Part shown: in pieces, positions 38,690-50,000 of the stretch
How positions within the stretch are numbered: position 1 is the first letter of the stretch
Layout of the letters: every line of letters begins with the position of its first letter
Assembly (NCBI RefSeq): GCF_039654945.1
Contig: NW_027361687.1
Location: forward strand, 35,216,001 to 35,280,000
Source: Dendrobates tinctorius
Taxonomy: Eukaryota
Direction of reading: 5' to 3'
DNA: 64,000 bases
Made by a program: the position numbers and the translations under genes
The notes under the pieces: model-generated
Seen by the model: only the letters and a program-made list of their open reading frames with translations
What the model was told of the DNA's origin: nothing
Databases searched by the model: none

Positions 38690-40330
38690 TCTAGACCTGG
38701 AGGATGACGCAAAAAGAGGGGCTTTGCTTCTCCCCCCTTGGCTCTGAGTGTTTCTAAAGGAGCCCCTGTTGGATCTACCCTGGCTCCTAAAATCGGTCTG
38801 TCTCCTGAAAAAGGACCCTCTATGAAAGGACTGGGGACGCTTGGGTTTTTCTTCTGGAAACCTTGTTTTTGTCAGACACCTGCTCTAGGATGCTATCTAG
38901 AGCTGGCCCGAACACCCTTGAGCCTGAAAAGGGGATGGAGCAAAGCTTTGCCTTTGAAGCGTTATCCCCAGACCAAGACTTCAGCCAAACCGCTCGCCTA
39001 GCTGCGTTGGAAAGGGAGCTTTCTGGCTGCGAATCTTACTGACTCGGCCGACCTATCTGAAAGGAACGCAGTGGCTGATTTCATCAGAGGGAGGGAAGCT
39101 AGGATCTCAGATCTAGGGGTCTTGTTGGATAAATGCTCTTCCAACTGCCCCACCCATAGGAACATGGACCTGGCCACTGAGGTGGCTGCTATGTTAACCT
39201 TAGTAAGGGCAGCTGCCGATTCCCATGTTCTCTTTTATAGAATATCCGCCTTCCGGTCCATTGGGTCTCTGAGACTTGATGAGTCCTCGAAGGGGATGGC
39301 GATTTTTTTGGTCACCCTAGCTACAGGAACATCGATTTTAGGAATTTCCTCCCACAATCGTGTTTCCTCTGGGTCAAAGGGCAGTCGGCTCTTAAAGTCC
39401 CGAGACAGTACGAGTCGCCGTTCTGCCTCTTTCCATTCTTCTAGGACCATTGTCTTAATGTGTTCGCTTACGGGGAACACAGTTTGTTTCCGAGCGACCA
39501 GTCCCCCAAACATCAGGTCCTGTCGGGACTGCGGTTTTGGAACATCCTCTATCTGTATGGTGTTCCTTACCACCTGCACCAAGTCCTCGGTGTCCTCTAA
39601 CTTAAACAGGTATTTCCTGCCTTGGTCCCTCCTGTCAGTCGGGATCTCCCCCTCCTCGGGATCCAAGTCCCGGGGGTCTGACCCCTCAGGCGAGCTTGTC
39701 TCCGAGGCTAGATCCATCTCCCACCTCGGCCGCTTCTGGCTTGGCCCCGGACTAGGGGACTGCTGCCGTGAGAGACTGGATCTGGAGGCCTGTACTTCCT
39801 CCCGCCATTACCGAGTCCTTAACCTCTGTCGGGGGGGGCTGCTGGTGTGCGGTGAGCTGCTGGCGTGCGGTGAGAGCTGCTGGCGCGCCGAGCTGCTGGC
39901 GTGCACTGAGCTGCTAGCGTGCCCAGGCTGCTGGCGCGCCGTTTTCAAATCGGCGCGTGATGTCATCGCCGCGCGCCGGCCACTTCCGCTTCCTGCTCTG
40001 AAGCCCCGCCCACCGAGCGTCCTGCAATGGCGGCGCCCATCCGGCTTTCTGCGGGGACCCGGCTTCCAGCTGCCCCGGGTTCTCTATCGCCGGCGCCCAC
40101 ACCGCCGGCTGCGTGCGGGGACCCGGGCGACTGCCGCGCGGCCTGGAGCCGAGAGCCTCCCACCGGGAGGAGCAGCTTTCTCCAGGAGCGACGTCCTGCT
40201 CCTGGCTTTGGGGCAGAGGGACTCCCCACCGGGAAGTGTCGGCCCTGGGCATCCTGACAGGGGGAAGGATTGGACCGGCCGCCCGATCCCCCTGCGCCCT
40301 CAGGTAATCTTCCTGCTCCTCTCGTATGTC
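38690..40330 (-). pseudogene. DIRS-A gag-like ORF1, frameshifted
   Basis: ORF 39235-39717 (...WEEIPKIDVPVARV...SLRDPMDRKAD) parallels the DIRS-B gag (WAESPVVDPPVSRL...SIKDPMDR). Confidence 0.7.
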
Positions 40331-42394
40331 CCTCCGTGCAGGGACAGGAAAGACACTGAGGGAAAGGGGTGGGACGGGGCCTTTTAACCTCTCGTGTGCT
40401 TTCCTGTCCATGTGAGGAGGAGGACGTCCTCCATGGTGCTGTCAGGTGGACGTCGTGGAAATAAGGTTTGTGGGTTCACGGGTCGCAGCTCTGTGTCAGT
40501 AACCAAAGAGTGCAAAGATGGCCATTGGCACCAGGTCCCAAACCCGGGGAATGGCCAATGCTATGGTCGATGGAGAGGAGGAGGTGGACCATTGTGTTCA
40601 AGGCGATGGGGAGTCCAGGCAAGGAGCCTGGCACCTGTACTCAGTCCTGCAGCGGACTGCCCCTCACTTGCCCACCACAGGCAAGCAGGATCGCATGCTC
40701 TCCTGCAAGTGGCTATGGCCAGTTTCAACACTCAGGACTAGGCCACCTGTGACAAACTCCTGGCAGTGTGGGAACGCCAGGCAGAGTGGGAGGCTACAGA
40801 ACGTCGTGAAGCTGCAGAGCACTGGCAAGACCGTGAAACTGCAAAGCACCATGCAGAGCGGGAGGCCACAGAACACTGTGAAGCTGTGCAACGTGAGCAC
40901 CAGCTAGAGATAGCTTGGCACCGGTCCCCATCGGATACTGCAGCACCTCAGGAAACCCAAGTCTTGCAAAGTCCGCTCTGAGGACTTCCCCTTGTTAGTA
41001 AAGGACGGAGACTTGGACTCATTTCTGCTGGCCTTTGAGCGGCCCTGCCGCCAACACCATTTGGCCCTGGGTCAGTTGGCCAAGTACCTGACCCCCGTTT
41101 GAGGGGTAAGTCCCTGAACATCCTGGGGGACTTACCTGCCTGGGATTAGCAGGACTACGACAGCATCAAACAGGCCCTGATCCAGCAGTTCAATCTCACC
41201 CCGGAGTCTTACCGCAGGAAGTTCCATAGCCTACAGAGGGGCCCAAAAGACACCTGGGCTGACCACATGCAGGCCCTTATGAGATCTGCCAAGAGTGGGT
41301 AAGACCAATCCTGCCCGTTTCCCTGGCCCCTAGAATGCAGGGGGCGCACCTCTCTGGGTAAGAGGTGGACCCCCGCCGATGTCATCATTGTAACTAACCA
41401 GGATACTTCAAGGCCATGTGTCCCCAGTGCCATAAGGTCCCGTCCCAGAAACCATCCACTGTTTTGTGTGTGGGAGAGGGTGGTGGTAGGTCCCTTGACA
41501 ATTACCAACCCGTCACCATCAGCCGCGCAGCGGATATGGGACTGCGGAACACTGGCGCTGAGATGACCCTTGTAAGGACTGACGTAGTGTCTCCCCGGGA
41601 TTTGGTACCCGTAAATACCCTCTCCATCTCCGGGATTGGTGGCGTCGGACTGGCGCTGCCCGTTGCCAAGTTGTATTTGGAGTGGGGCGCCAGGAAAGGA
41701 ATGCGGGAGGTGGGGTATCGGCAAATATTCTCACCAATGTTTTGCTTGGGACCGATTTGGGGTGTATAGTGTCCCAGTATGTGGCCACTGAACCCCCAAG
41801 TTCAGCTCCCATAGACTGTCTTCAAATGTCCACTGCTAATGCCATCAATGTTAATGTATTGAATGTGCCGCCTGCTGTGGAGGTGAAAGCGAAATCTGAA
41901 ACTTTCCCATACATGCACAGGGAAAGCAGCTATGACAGACAAGAGGTGTGAAAATGCCCTCAGGTGTGACCAGCCAGTGTGCTGGGATCTATTATCCTCT
42001 AGTGGTAAATACAGGGGGTATGAAGCTGCAGAGGGGGGGGAGACTCAGAGTTGGAGGGGAGCTGCCAAGGGAAGTGCAGGACCCCTAGATGGATCCAGGC
42101 AGCTGAGTTCAGAACCAATGCAGGGAGAGGAGCAGACCCTGAAGGGTGGGGGCTCACAGGAGACGTTGAGCCACCAGGTAAGGCCCCAGGGCAGGAGTTC
42201 CCCACCTCTCCAATTTCATGAGGCCAGGTAAGTCTGCCTGACCCGGTGACTTGGTCAGGAGCCGAGGGGAAGTGGGCACTACCCCCGATTGCCGCGGTCG
42301 TGGCCGCTATCACCATGAGTGGGAGCACCAGAACCCAGGTAACCTCACGGAGGTCCGGCGGCTTCCCACCTCGACCAAGTGGCTGCAGAGTCAG

Positions 42395-43550
42395 AGGGAC
42401 ACGACCATCTACCTGAAACTCCCTGAGGGCAAGACCATCTACCGAAAACTCCCACCGTGACATGACCACCTACCGGAAACTGCCAGGGTAACAACCATAT
42501 ACCGGAAACAACCAGCGGGATGCGACTATACCAGAACCTGCCAGGGTGACACGACCATCTACCGACAACACCCTGAGGGGAAGAACATCTAACAGAAACT
42601 TACAGTGGGACACGACCATCTACCGGAAAACTTCTTGAGCGGAAAAACATCTCCCGGAAACTGCCAATGGGACACGATCATCTACAGGAAAGGCTCCTCA
42701 AGAGCTGACTATCTCCTGGAAACTTCCCATGGGAGACGATCATCTGTCGGAAACTCAGAGGGCAAGACCACCTACTCGAAACTCCCAGCGGTACACGACC
42801 ATCTGTCGGAAGGGTCCCTCAAGAGACGACCATCTACAGTAACCTCCCTGAGAGGTAAACCATGTACCGGAAACTGCCAGGGGGACACGACCATCTAACC
42901 GAAAATTCCCGAGGGGAAGACCATCTACGGGAAACTCCCAGTGGGACACAACCGTCTACCAAAAACTTCGAGGGGAAAACCCATCTCCTGGAAACTGCCA
43001 GAGGGATACAACCATGTACCGGAAAGGCCCCTCAACAGTTGACTATCTACTGGAAAACTTGCCAAGGGAGACAATAATCTGCCGGAAACTCCCCGAGAGG
43101 AAGAACATCTACAGGAAACTCCCAGTGGTACACGACCATGTACCAGAAAGGCCCCTCAAGAGACAAACATCTACAGTAAACTTCCTGAGGGGAAGACCAT
43201 GTACCATCTACCGAAAACTCCCACAGTGACATAACCATCTACTGGAAACTGCCAGGGTGATATGACCGTATACCGGAAACTCCCACTGTGACACACCATA
43301 TACCGGAAACTCCCTGAGGGATAGACCATCTACCAGAAACTTCCAGCGGGATACGACCATCTACTGGAACTCCCGTGACACAACCATCTGCAGGAAACTG
43401 CCAGGCGGACATGACCATCCACCGGAAACTCCCTGAGGGGTAAACCATCTACGGAAATGTCCCTAAAGACACGACTATCTACTGGCAACTTCCCATTGGA
43501 GACTATCATCTGCCGGAGGCTAACAGCAGGGCATGACCATTTACCGGAGC
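42395..43550. repeat. Diverged ~30-31 bp tandem array (core GACCATCTACCGGAAACTCCC), block 2
   Basis: About 35 units of the same family as 33640-34215. Confidence 0.88.
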
Positions 43551-43789
43551 GGTCAAGCAGGAGCTGACATTCAGCCAAAACTGTACAGCAACCAGTTAAC
43601 CAAAACACCATACACAGCACAACATGGTGGTATGTAGAAGCACATTGCATTTCTTCCCCAAACTGTGCTGCCCGGCAGGGGAATTCTGCCCCCTCACCAC
43701 GCCCAGCAGTTCTATATGGTCTCACACTACGAGCCTGCACTAACTTACGGTCTGGGTTACAGACATAATCCATATGTGCTCAGAGCAGG

Positions 43790-44075
43790 ACAGTCGCCAT
43801 GGAGCTGAGACTGCAGCAAGAGGACAGGTCCTGTTACCTAGCAACAGGTGCCGCCGTCACTGGGTGACCACCATGGGTACAGCTGCGGTTACATCTGAGG
43901 CCGCTGACCAGTATTCCCTTGTTACACGATCTCGATCTCGTCGTTATAAAAGATTTTCTATCGTTACTTCAGCCAGTCACGTGACACGCCGGAAGCGGCT
44001 CTTATGTGAGTGACAGCCAGGGTAGCCAATCAGGAAGTTTGAGTGTGTGGCGGGAGAAACAGTGGATCAGGGACG
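43790..44075 (+). promoter_or_regulatory. PMF1 promoter
   Basis: RFX X-box GTTACCTAGCAAC 43833-43845, GTCACGTGAC 43976-43985, ETS CCGGAAG ~43989 and CCAAT ~44026, just upstream of the ATG at 44076. Confidence 0.7.
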
Positions 44076-47000
44076 ATGGCGGAGCAGATGGAATCGGAGG
44101 GAACAGCCTCGTCGTCAGCAGCTGACGTTCCAGCACCAGCGACTGCTGAACCGGACAAGATGGGTCGTCTCTTCCTGCTCAACCTGATAGTGGACAAGTT
44201 CCTGGAGGCGCTGATGGATGCGGGAAAGTGAGGTCCCCTCTCGCATCCTCATTTGGGTGCTGTGACTTTTCCTGTGTTATGATTGGTCCATGTGGTAGTT
44301 GCTTCCGCGTACTGATTGGTTGTGTTTTGTTATACAGTTCGTGATTGGCTTTAAGTTTCATACGCTAAGTTTGATTGGCCGCGTCTATGCTGACACTTAA
44401 CACACTGCTAATTAGTATGTAGTCTGAGGAGCTGGCAATCCAAATGTTATGTTACACTGTTTGCCTGCAGCCATGACCACATCCAGGTGTCCTCACCCCG
44501 CATTACATTTTCTGCCTTTTCCCATCCCTGCATTATATAGAAAACCTCCCAACAAATAGCATACTGCACCACATGGCAAACGGACAATGTCTTACAAAGC
44601 CTTGTCACAGTGTGAGGAGGTGTACCAAGATGGTGGCCCCATATTGGTTTAACTACGCACATGCTGTCCCTGCAATTAACTGAAACCTAAGAGAAACTGC
44701 TGTGATCAGAGCCATTTCTGATCCGAACAGTGCTCTTACTGCCCGCCTGTTAGTAGGGGACGCCTAGCAGTGCTCTTACTGCCCGCCTGTTAGTAGGTGA
44801 CTCCTAGCAGTGCTCTTACTGCCCGCCTGTTAGTAGGGGACGCCTAGCGGTGCTCTTACTGCCCACCTGTTAGTAGGCGACGCCCAGCGGTGCTCTTACT
44901 GCCCGCCTGTTAGGTGACTCCTAGCGGTGCTCTTACTGCCCGCCTGTTAGTAGGGGACGCCTAGCGGTGCTCTTACTGCCCGCCTGTTAGTAGGGGACGC
45001 CTAGCAGTGCTCTTACTGCCCGCCTGTTAGTAGGTGACTCCTAGCAGTGCTCTTACTGCCCGCCTGTTAGTAGGGGACGCCTAGCGGTGCTCTTACTGCC
45101 CACCTGTTAGTAGGTGACGCCCAGCGGTGCTCTTACTGCCCGCCTGTTAGGTGACTCCTAGCGGTGCTCTTACTGCCCGCCTGTTAGTAGGGGACGCCTA
45201 GCGGTGCTCTTACTGCCCGCCTGTTAGTAGGGGACGCCTAGCGGTGCTCTTACTGCCCACCTGTTAGTAGGTGACGCCCAGCGGTGCTCTTACTGCCCGC
45301 CTGTTAGGTGACTCCTAGCGGTGCTCTTACTGCCCGCCTGTTAGTAGGGGACGCCTAGCGGTGCTCTTACTGCCCGCCTGTTAGTAGGTGACGCCTAGCG
45401 GTGCTCTTACTGCCCGCCTGTTAGTAGGTGACGCCCAGCGGTGCTCTTACTGCCCGCCTGTTAGGTGACTCCCAGCGGTGCTCTTACTGCCCGCCTGTTA
45501 GTAGGGGACGCCTAGCGGTGCTCTTACTGCCCGCCTGTTAGTAGGTGACGCCTAGCGGTGCTCTTACTGCCCGCCTGTTAGTAGAGGACGCCTAGCGGTG
45601 CTCTTACTGCCCGCCTGTTAGTAGGGGACGCCTAGCGGTGCTCTTACTGCCCGCCTGTTAGTAGGGGACGCCTAGCGGTGCTCTTACTGCCCGCCTGTTA
45701 GTAGGGGACGCCTAGCGGTGCTCTTACTGCCCGCCTGTTAGTAGGGGACGCCTAGCGGTGCTCTTACTGCGCGCCTGTTAGTAGGGGACGCCTAGCGGTG
45801 CTCTTACTGCTCGCCTGTTAGTAGGTGATGCCTAGCAGTGCTCTTACTGCTCGCCTGTTAGTAGGTGACTCCCAGCAGTGCTCTTACTGCCCGCCTGTTA
45901 GTAGGGGACGCCTAGCAGTGCTCTTACTGCCCGCCTGTTAGTAGGGGACGCCTAGCAGTGCTCTTACTGCTCGCCTGTTAGTAGGTGATGCCTAGCAGTG
46001 CTCTTACTGCTCGCCTGTTAGTAGGTGACTCCCAGCAGTGCTCTTACTGCCCGCCTGTTAGTAGGTGACGCCCAGCGGTGCTCTTACTGCCCGCCTGTTA
46101 GGTGACTCCCAGCGGTGCTCTTACTGCCCGCCTGTTAGTAGGGGACGCCTAGCGGTGCTCTTACTGCCCGCCTGTTAGTAGGTGACGCCTAGCGGTGCTC
46201 TTACTGCCCGCCTGTTAGTAGAGGACGCCTAGCGGTGCTCTTACTGCCCGCCTGTTAGTAGGGGACGCCTAGCGGTGCTCTTACTGCCCGCCTGTTAGTA
46301 GGGGACGCCTAGCGGTGCTCTTACTGCCCGCCTGTTAGTAGGGGACGCCTAGCGGTGCTCTTACTGCCCGCCTGTTAGTAGGGGACGCCTAGCGGTGCTC
46401 TTACTGCCCGCCTGTTAGTAGGGGACGCCTAGCGGTGCTCTTACTGCCCGCCTGTTAGTAGGGGACGCCTAGCGGTGCTCTTACTGCGCGCCTGTTAGTA
46501 GGGGACGCCTAGCGGTGCTCTTACTGCTCGCCTGTTAGTAGGTGATGCCTAGCAGTGCTCTTACTGCTCGCCTGTTAGTAGGTGACTCCCAGCAGTGCTC
46601 TTACTGCCCGCCTGTTAGTAGGGGACGCCTAGCAGTGCTCTTACTGCCCGCCTGTTAGTAGGGGACGCCTAGCAGTGCTCTTACTGCTCGCCTGTTAGTA
46701 GGTGATGCCTAGCAGTGCTCTTACTGCTCGCCTGTTAGTAGGTGACTCCCAGCAGTGCTCTTACTGCCCGCCTGTTAGTAGGGGACGCCTAGCAGTGCTC
46801 TTACTGCCCGCCTGTTAGTAGGTGACTCCTAGCAGTGCTCTTACTGCTCGCCTGTTAGTAGGTGATGCCTAGCAGTGCTCTTACTGCTCGCCTGTTAGTA
46901 GGTGACTCCCAGCACTGCTCTTACTGCCCGCCTGTTAGTAGGGGACGCCTAGCAGTGCTCTTACTGCCCGCCTGTTAGTAGGGGACGCCTAGCAGTGCTC

Positions 47001-50000
47001 TTACTGCCCGCCTGTTAGTAGGGGACGCCTAGCAGTGCTCTTACTGCTCGCCTGTTAGTAGGGGACGCCTAGCAGTGCTCTTACTGCCCGCCTGTTAGTA
47101 GGTGACTCCTAGCAGTGCTCTTACTGCTCGCCTGTTAGTAGGGGACGCCCAGCAGTGCTCTTACTGCCTGCCTTTTAGTAGGTGACACGCAAGAAAACAC
47201 AAAATGACAATTTTGCAAAAAATACTCCTTGCTCAGCATGGTTTGGGAGACCCCCCCCCCACCCCTCTCCTGTGTGACATGCACATAAATGAGCTGTCTT
47301 ACACCACAAGCCCATATGCTAGGAGGCGCCTGTCTGTATCCTGTTCATTTAGTCACTGTTCACATGTTCAGGTTCTAAATACATTAGATAGGGACTGCTT
47401 CGTGAAGGGTTACCGTGATGTGGTGAAGCGGCTTGGTATACATTTTTTGCAAAAAACGTATCGACTAAATACCCTGTATTTGTCATGTTTTTTACTGCAG
47501 AGTATTTTTTGCAAATTTGTCATTTTGTGTTTTCTTGTGTTTCAGCCATTGGGTGGTGTGAGCATTGTCTGACAGACTTGTTCACACTTGTGCATGTCAC
47601 ATATGTTTTTAATCTGTTAATTGGTTGACGCCTAGCAGTGCTCTTACTGCCTGCCTGTTGGTAGCTGACGCCAAGCAGTGCTATTAATGCCTGACTTTTA
47701 GTAGGTGACATCTAGAAGCGCCTGTACTGCCCGACTGTAGTAAGTGATGCCTAGAGGTGATCATAAAGTATGTCTGTTAGTAGGTGATACCTAGCAGTGC
47801 TCTACTGTTTGACTGTTAATAGGTGATGTCTAGCAGTGCTCTTACTGTCTGGCTGTTAGGTGACTCCTAGCAGTGATCCCTTTGCTTGGCTGTTAGTAGG
47901 TGACACATAGCAGTTCTCTTACTGCCTAGCTGTTGGCGCACAGCTGGGCGTCACCTACTTTCTGTTCGGCTGTTAGGTGACACCTAGCTATTTTACTGTC
48001 TTGGTGTCTGTAGGTGACGCTTACCAGTGCTCTTACTGCCCGGTTGTTAGATGACTCCTAGCAGCTCTCTTAAAGCCCGGCTGTTAGTAGTTGATTCCTA
48101 GCAGATCTCTTACTGACATGCTGCTGGTAGCCAATGCCTAGTAGTGCTCTTTCTTCCCGGCTTTTGGTTGGAACCGTTTAGTGCTTCTTACTGCCCGGCA
48201 GTTTGTAGGTGACGCCCAGCACCGCTCTTATTGCCTAGCTGCTGGAAGTTGATGCCCAGCAGTGCTTTTACAGTCTGTCTATTAGTAGGTGATGCCCAGC
48301 GCTGCTCTTGCTGTACTGCTGTTAGTAGGTGACACCTAGCAGTGCTCTCACCGTCCAGCTGCTAGTAGGTGACGCGTAGCAGTGCTTTTACTTCCCAGCT
48401 GTTGGTAGCTGATGCCTAGCAGTGCTATTAATGCCTGGCTTTTAGTCGGTGACATCTAGAAGTGCCCTTACTGGCTGACTGTAGTAAGTGACACCAAGAG
48501 GTGATCTTACAGTACGGCTGTTAGTAGGTGATGCCTAGCAGTGCTTTTGCTTCCTGGCTGTTGGTAGGTGACTCCAAGCAGTTCTCTAACTGCCCAGCTC
48601 TTGGTAGGTGACTTGTAGCAGTGCTCTTACTGCTTGACTATTAGTAGGTGATGTCTTGAATGTTCTTACTGCCTCCTTGTTAGTATGTGACTCCTAGCAG
48701 TGCTTTTACGGTCTGGCTGTTGGTAGGTGACACCTAGCAGTTCTTAGGCTGGTTTCACACTAGCGTTTTATCGCGCAGCGCATCGTGCGCTATCTGTAAC
48801 ATGGTGGTCGAATGGTCTTGCAATTGCACGCGCTCATCAGCGTTTAGTGTGCGCTGCGCATTTTACAGGTGTGCGCCCAGACGCGCCGTACGCTACATGT
48901 TGCATTTTTTGTTCCGACTACGTCATTAAAAAAAAATCGCGCGCGCATGTGTGCGCCCAAAAATAGCATTACAGTCTATGGGTTCGCTAGCGTGCGCTTA
49001 GATGCGCGCACGTCAGCGCTTTGTGCGCGCACGCGATTTGAGTAAACAATGGACAGTTGTTTAAACCTCCCCTAAACAAGCAACATTGTTTGGGAGGAGT
49101 GTTGATAAAAGAAGGTGTCTTCAGGGACACACCACTACAGCCTTGAAGATAAGAGCAGCTACAAAGAGCAAGAGAAGAGCAGCTACAGACAGCCTTGAAT
49201 AGAAGACCAGACAAGAGCCTTGGATTCAAGCTTCAGCAGCCAAAATGTGAGTATTCTTCAACATAATGTGTGTGTCCTGTACAATTTATTATGTACTAAT
49301 GTATTTTTTGTTTAAATTTCAGCATGTCTTCTGGATCGGTCTATTCGCCATCTCGGCAAGAACTGGCCCAAGGTGATCGTGAGGTGAAGATATTGCTGCC
49401 TTTGGGTAAGTTTAGCTGCTGCCTCTAGAAATGTGTAATAATTTTTTTTATCTTTACAGGCATCGGGCACGGCCAGTGAAGGTGAAGTGCGGGAGCAGTC
49501 CGAGCGGAAGCAGCATAGCCAAGTCGTGGCGAGGAGACGCAATGTTAGTATATAGTCTTTCCCTTTTTTTTTTTTTTTTCTTTTTTTCTCCTTCGTCTCA
49601 TTGGGGGACACAGGTACTGTGGGGTGTATGCTACTGCCGTCTGGAGGCTGACACTAAGTATACAAAAAAAAAGTTAGCTCCTCCTCCGCCGCATACACCC
49701 TCGCCCCGATTGCGGGCGGAAACCAGTTTTTTGCTTAGTGTCCAATGGAGGCACACGCAGTCTGGATTTCTCCAGACTATTTTTTTTTTTGTGGTTTTCT
49801 TGCTGTGAAGAGGAGACAGGGGCGACGGATCCTATTGAAAGGGTCCGATCTCCCCAAACCATCAACGGGCGAGCACGCGTTGAGTATCGCCTCCGCGTAT
49901 CCTTTCCCGCACCGAGGGACATATCTGGGACTTTCCCCCAGACTTCTATTTTTATTTTATTGAAATGAGACAGGGGCAACGCATCCTATTGAAAGGATCA

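Larger units (their letters stand above)
35447..40461 (-). mobile_element. Full-length DIRS1-like tyrosine-recombinase retrotransposon (DIRS-A)
   Basis: Inverted termini (~35480-35590 vs ~40345-40450). An internal complementary region (ICR) at ~35698-35785 joins complements of both ends. Contains gag, RT/RNase H/methyltransferase-like and tyrosine recombinase (YR) frames. Confidence 0.95.
35100..41850 (+). mobile_element. Decayed Gmr1-like Ty3/Gypsy LTR retrotransposon (LTR end, PBS, gag, protease), split by a DIRS insertion
   Basis: ...TTACA at 35310 followed by PBS-like TGGTGGCACAGC at 35313. After the DIRS come a coiled-coil gag and a SCAN-like capsid (DGDLDSFLLAFER...KYLTP...YDSIKQALIQQFNLTPESYRRKF, ~40980-41290), then a protease remnant (GLRNTGAEMTLV, ~41540). 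Frameshifted; left boundary approximate. Confidence 0.6.

Noticed and set aside
39071-40387. 438 aa + strand ORF
   Set aside because: Antisense to DIRS-A gag in GC-rich sequence, with no recognisable domain.
42395-43550. CRISPR array (constant core with variable linkers)
   Set aside because: Linkers are only ~10-13 bp, related to each other and recurrent; cores are degenerate; there are no cas genes and the context is vertebrate.
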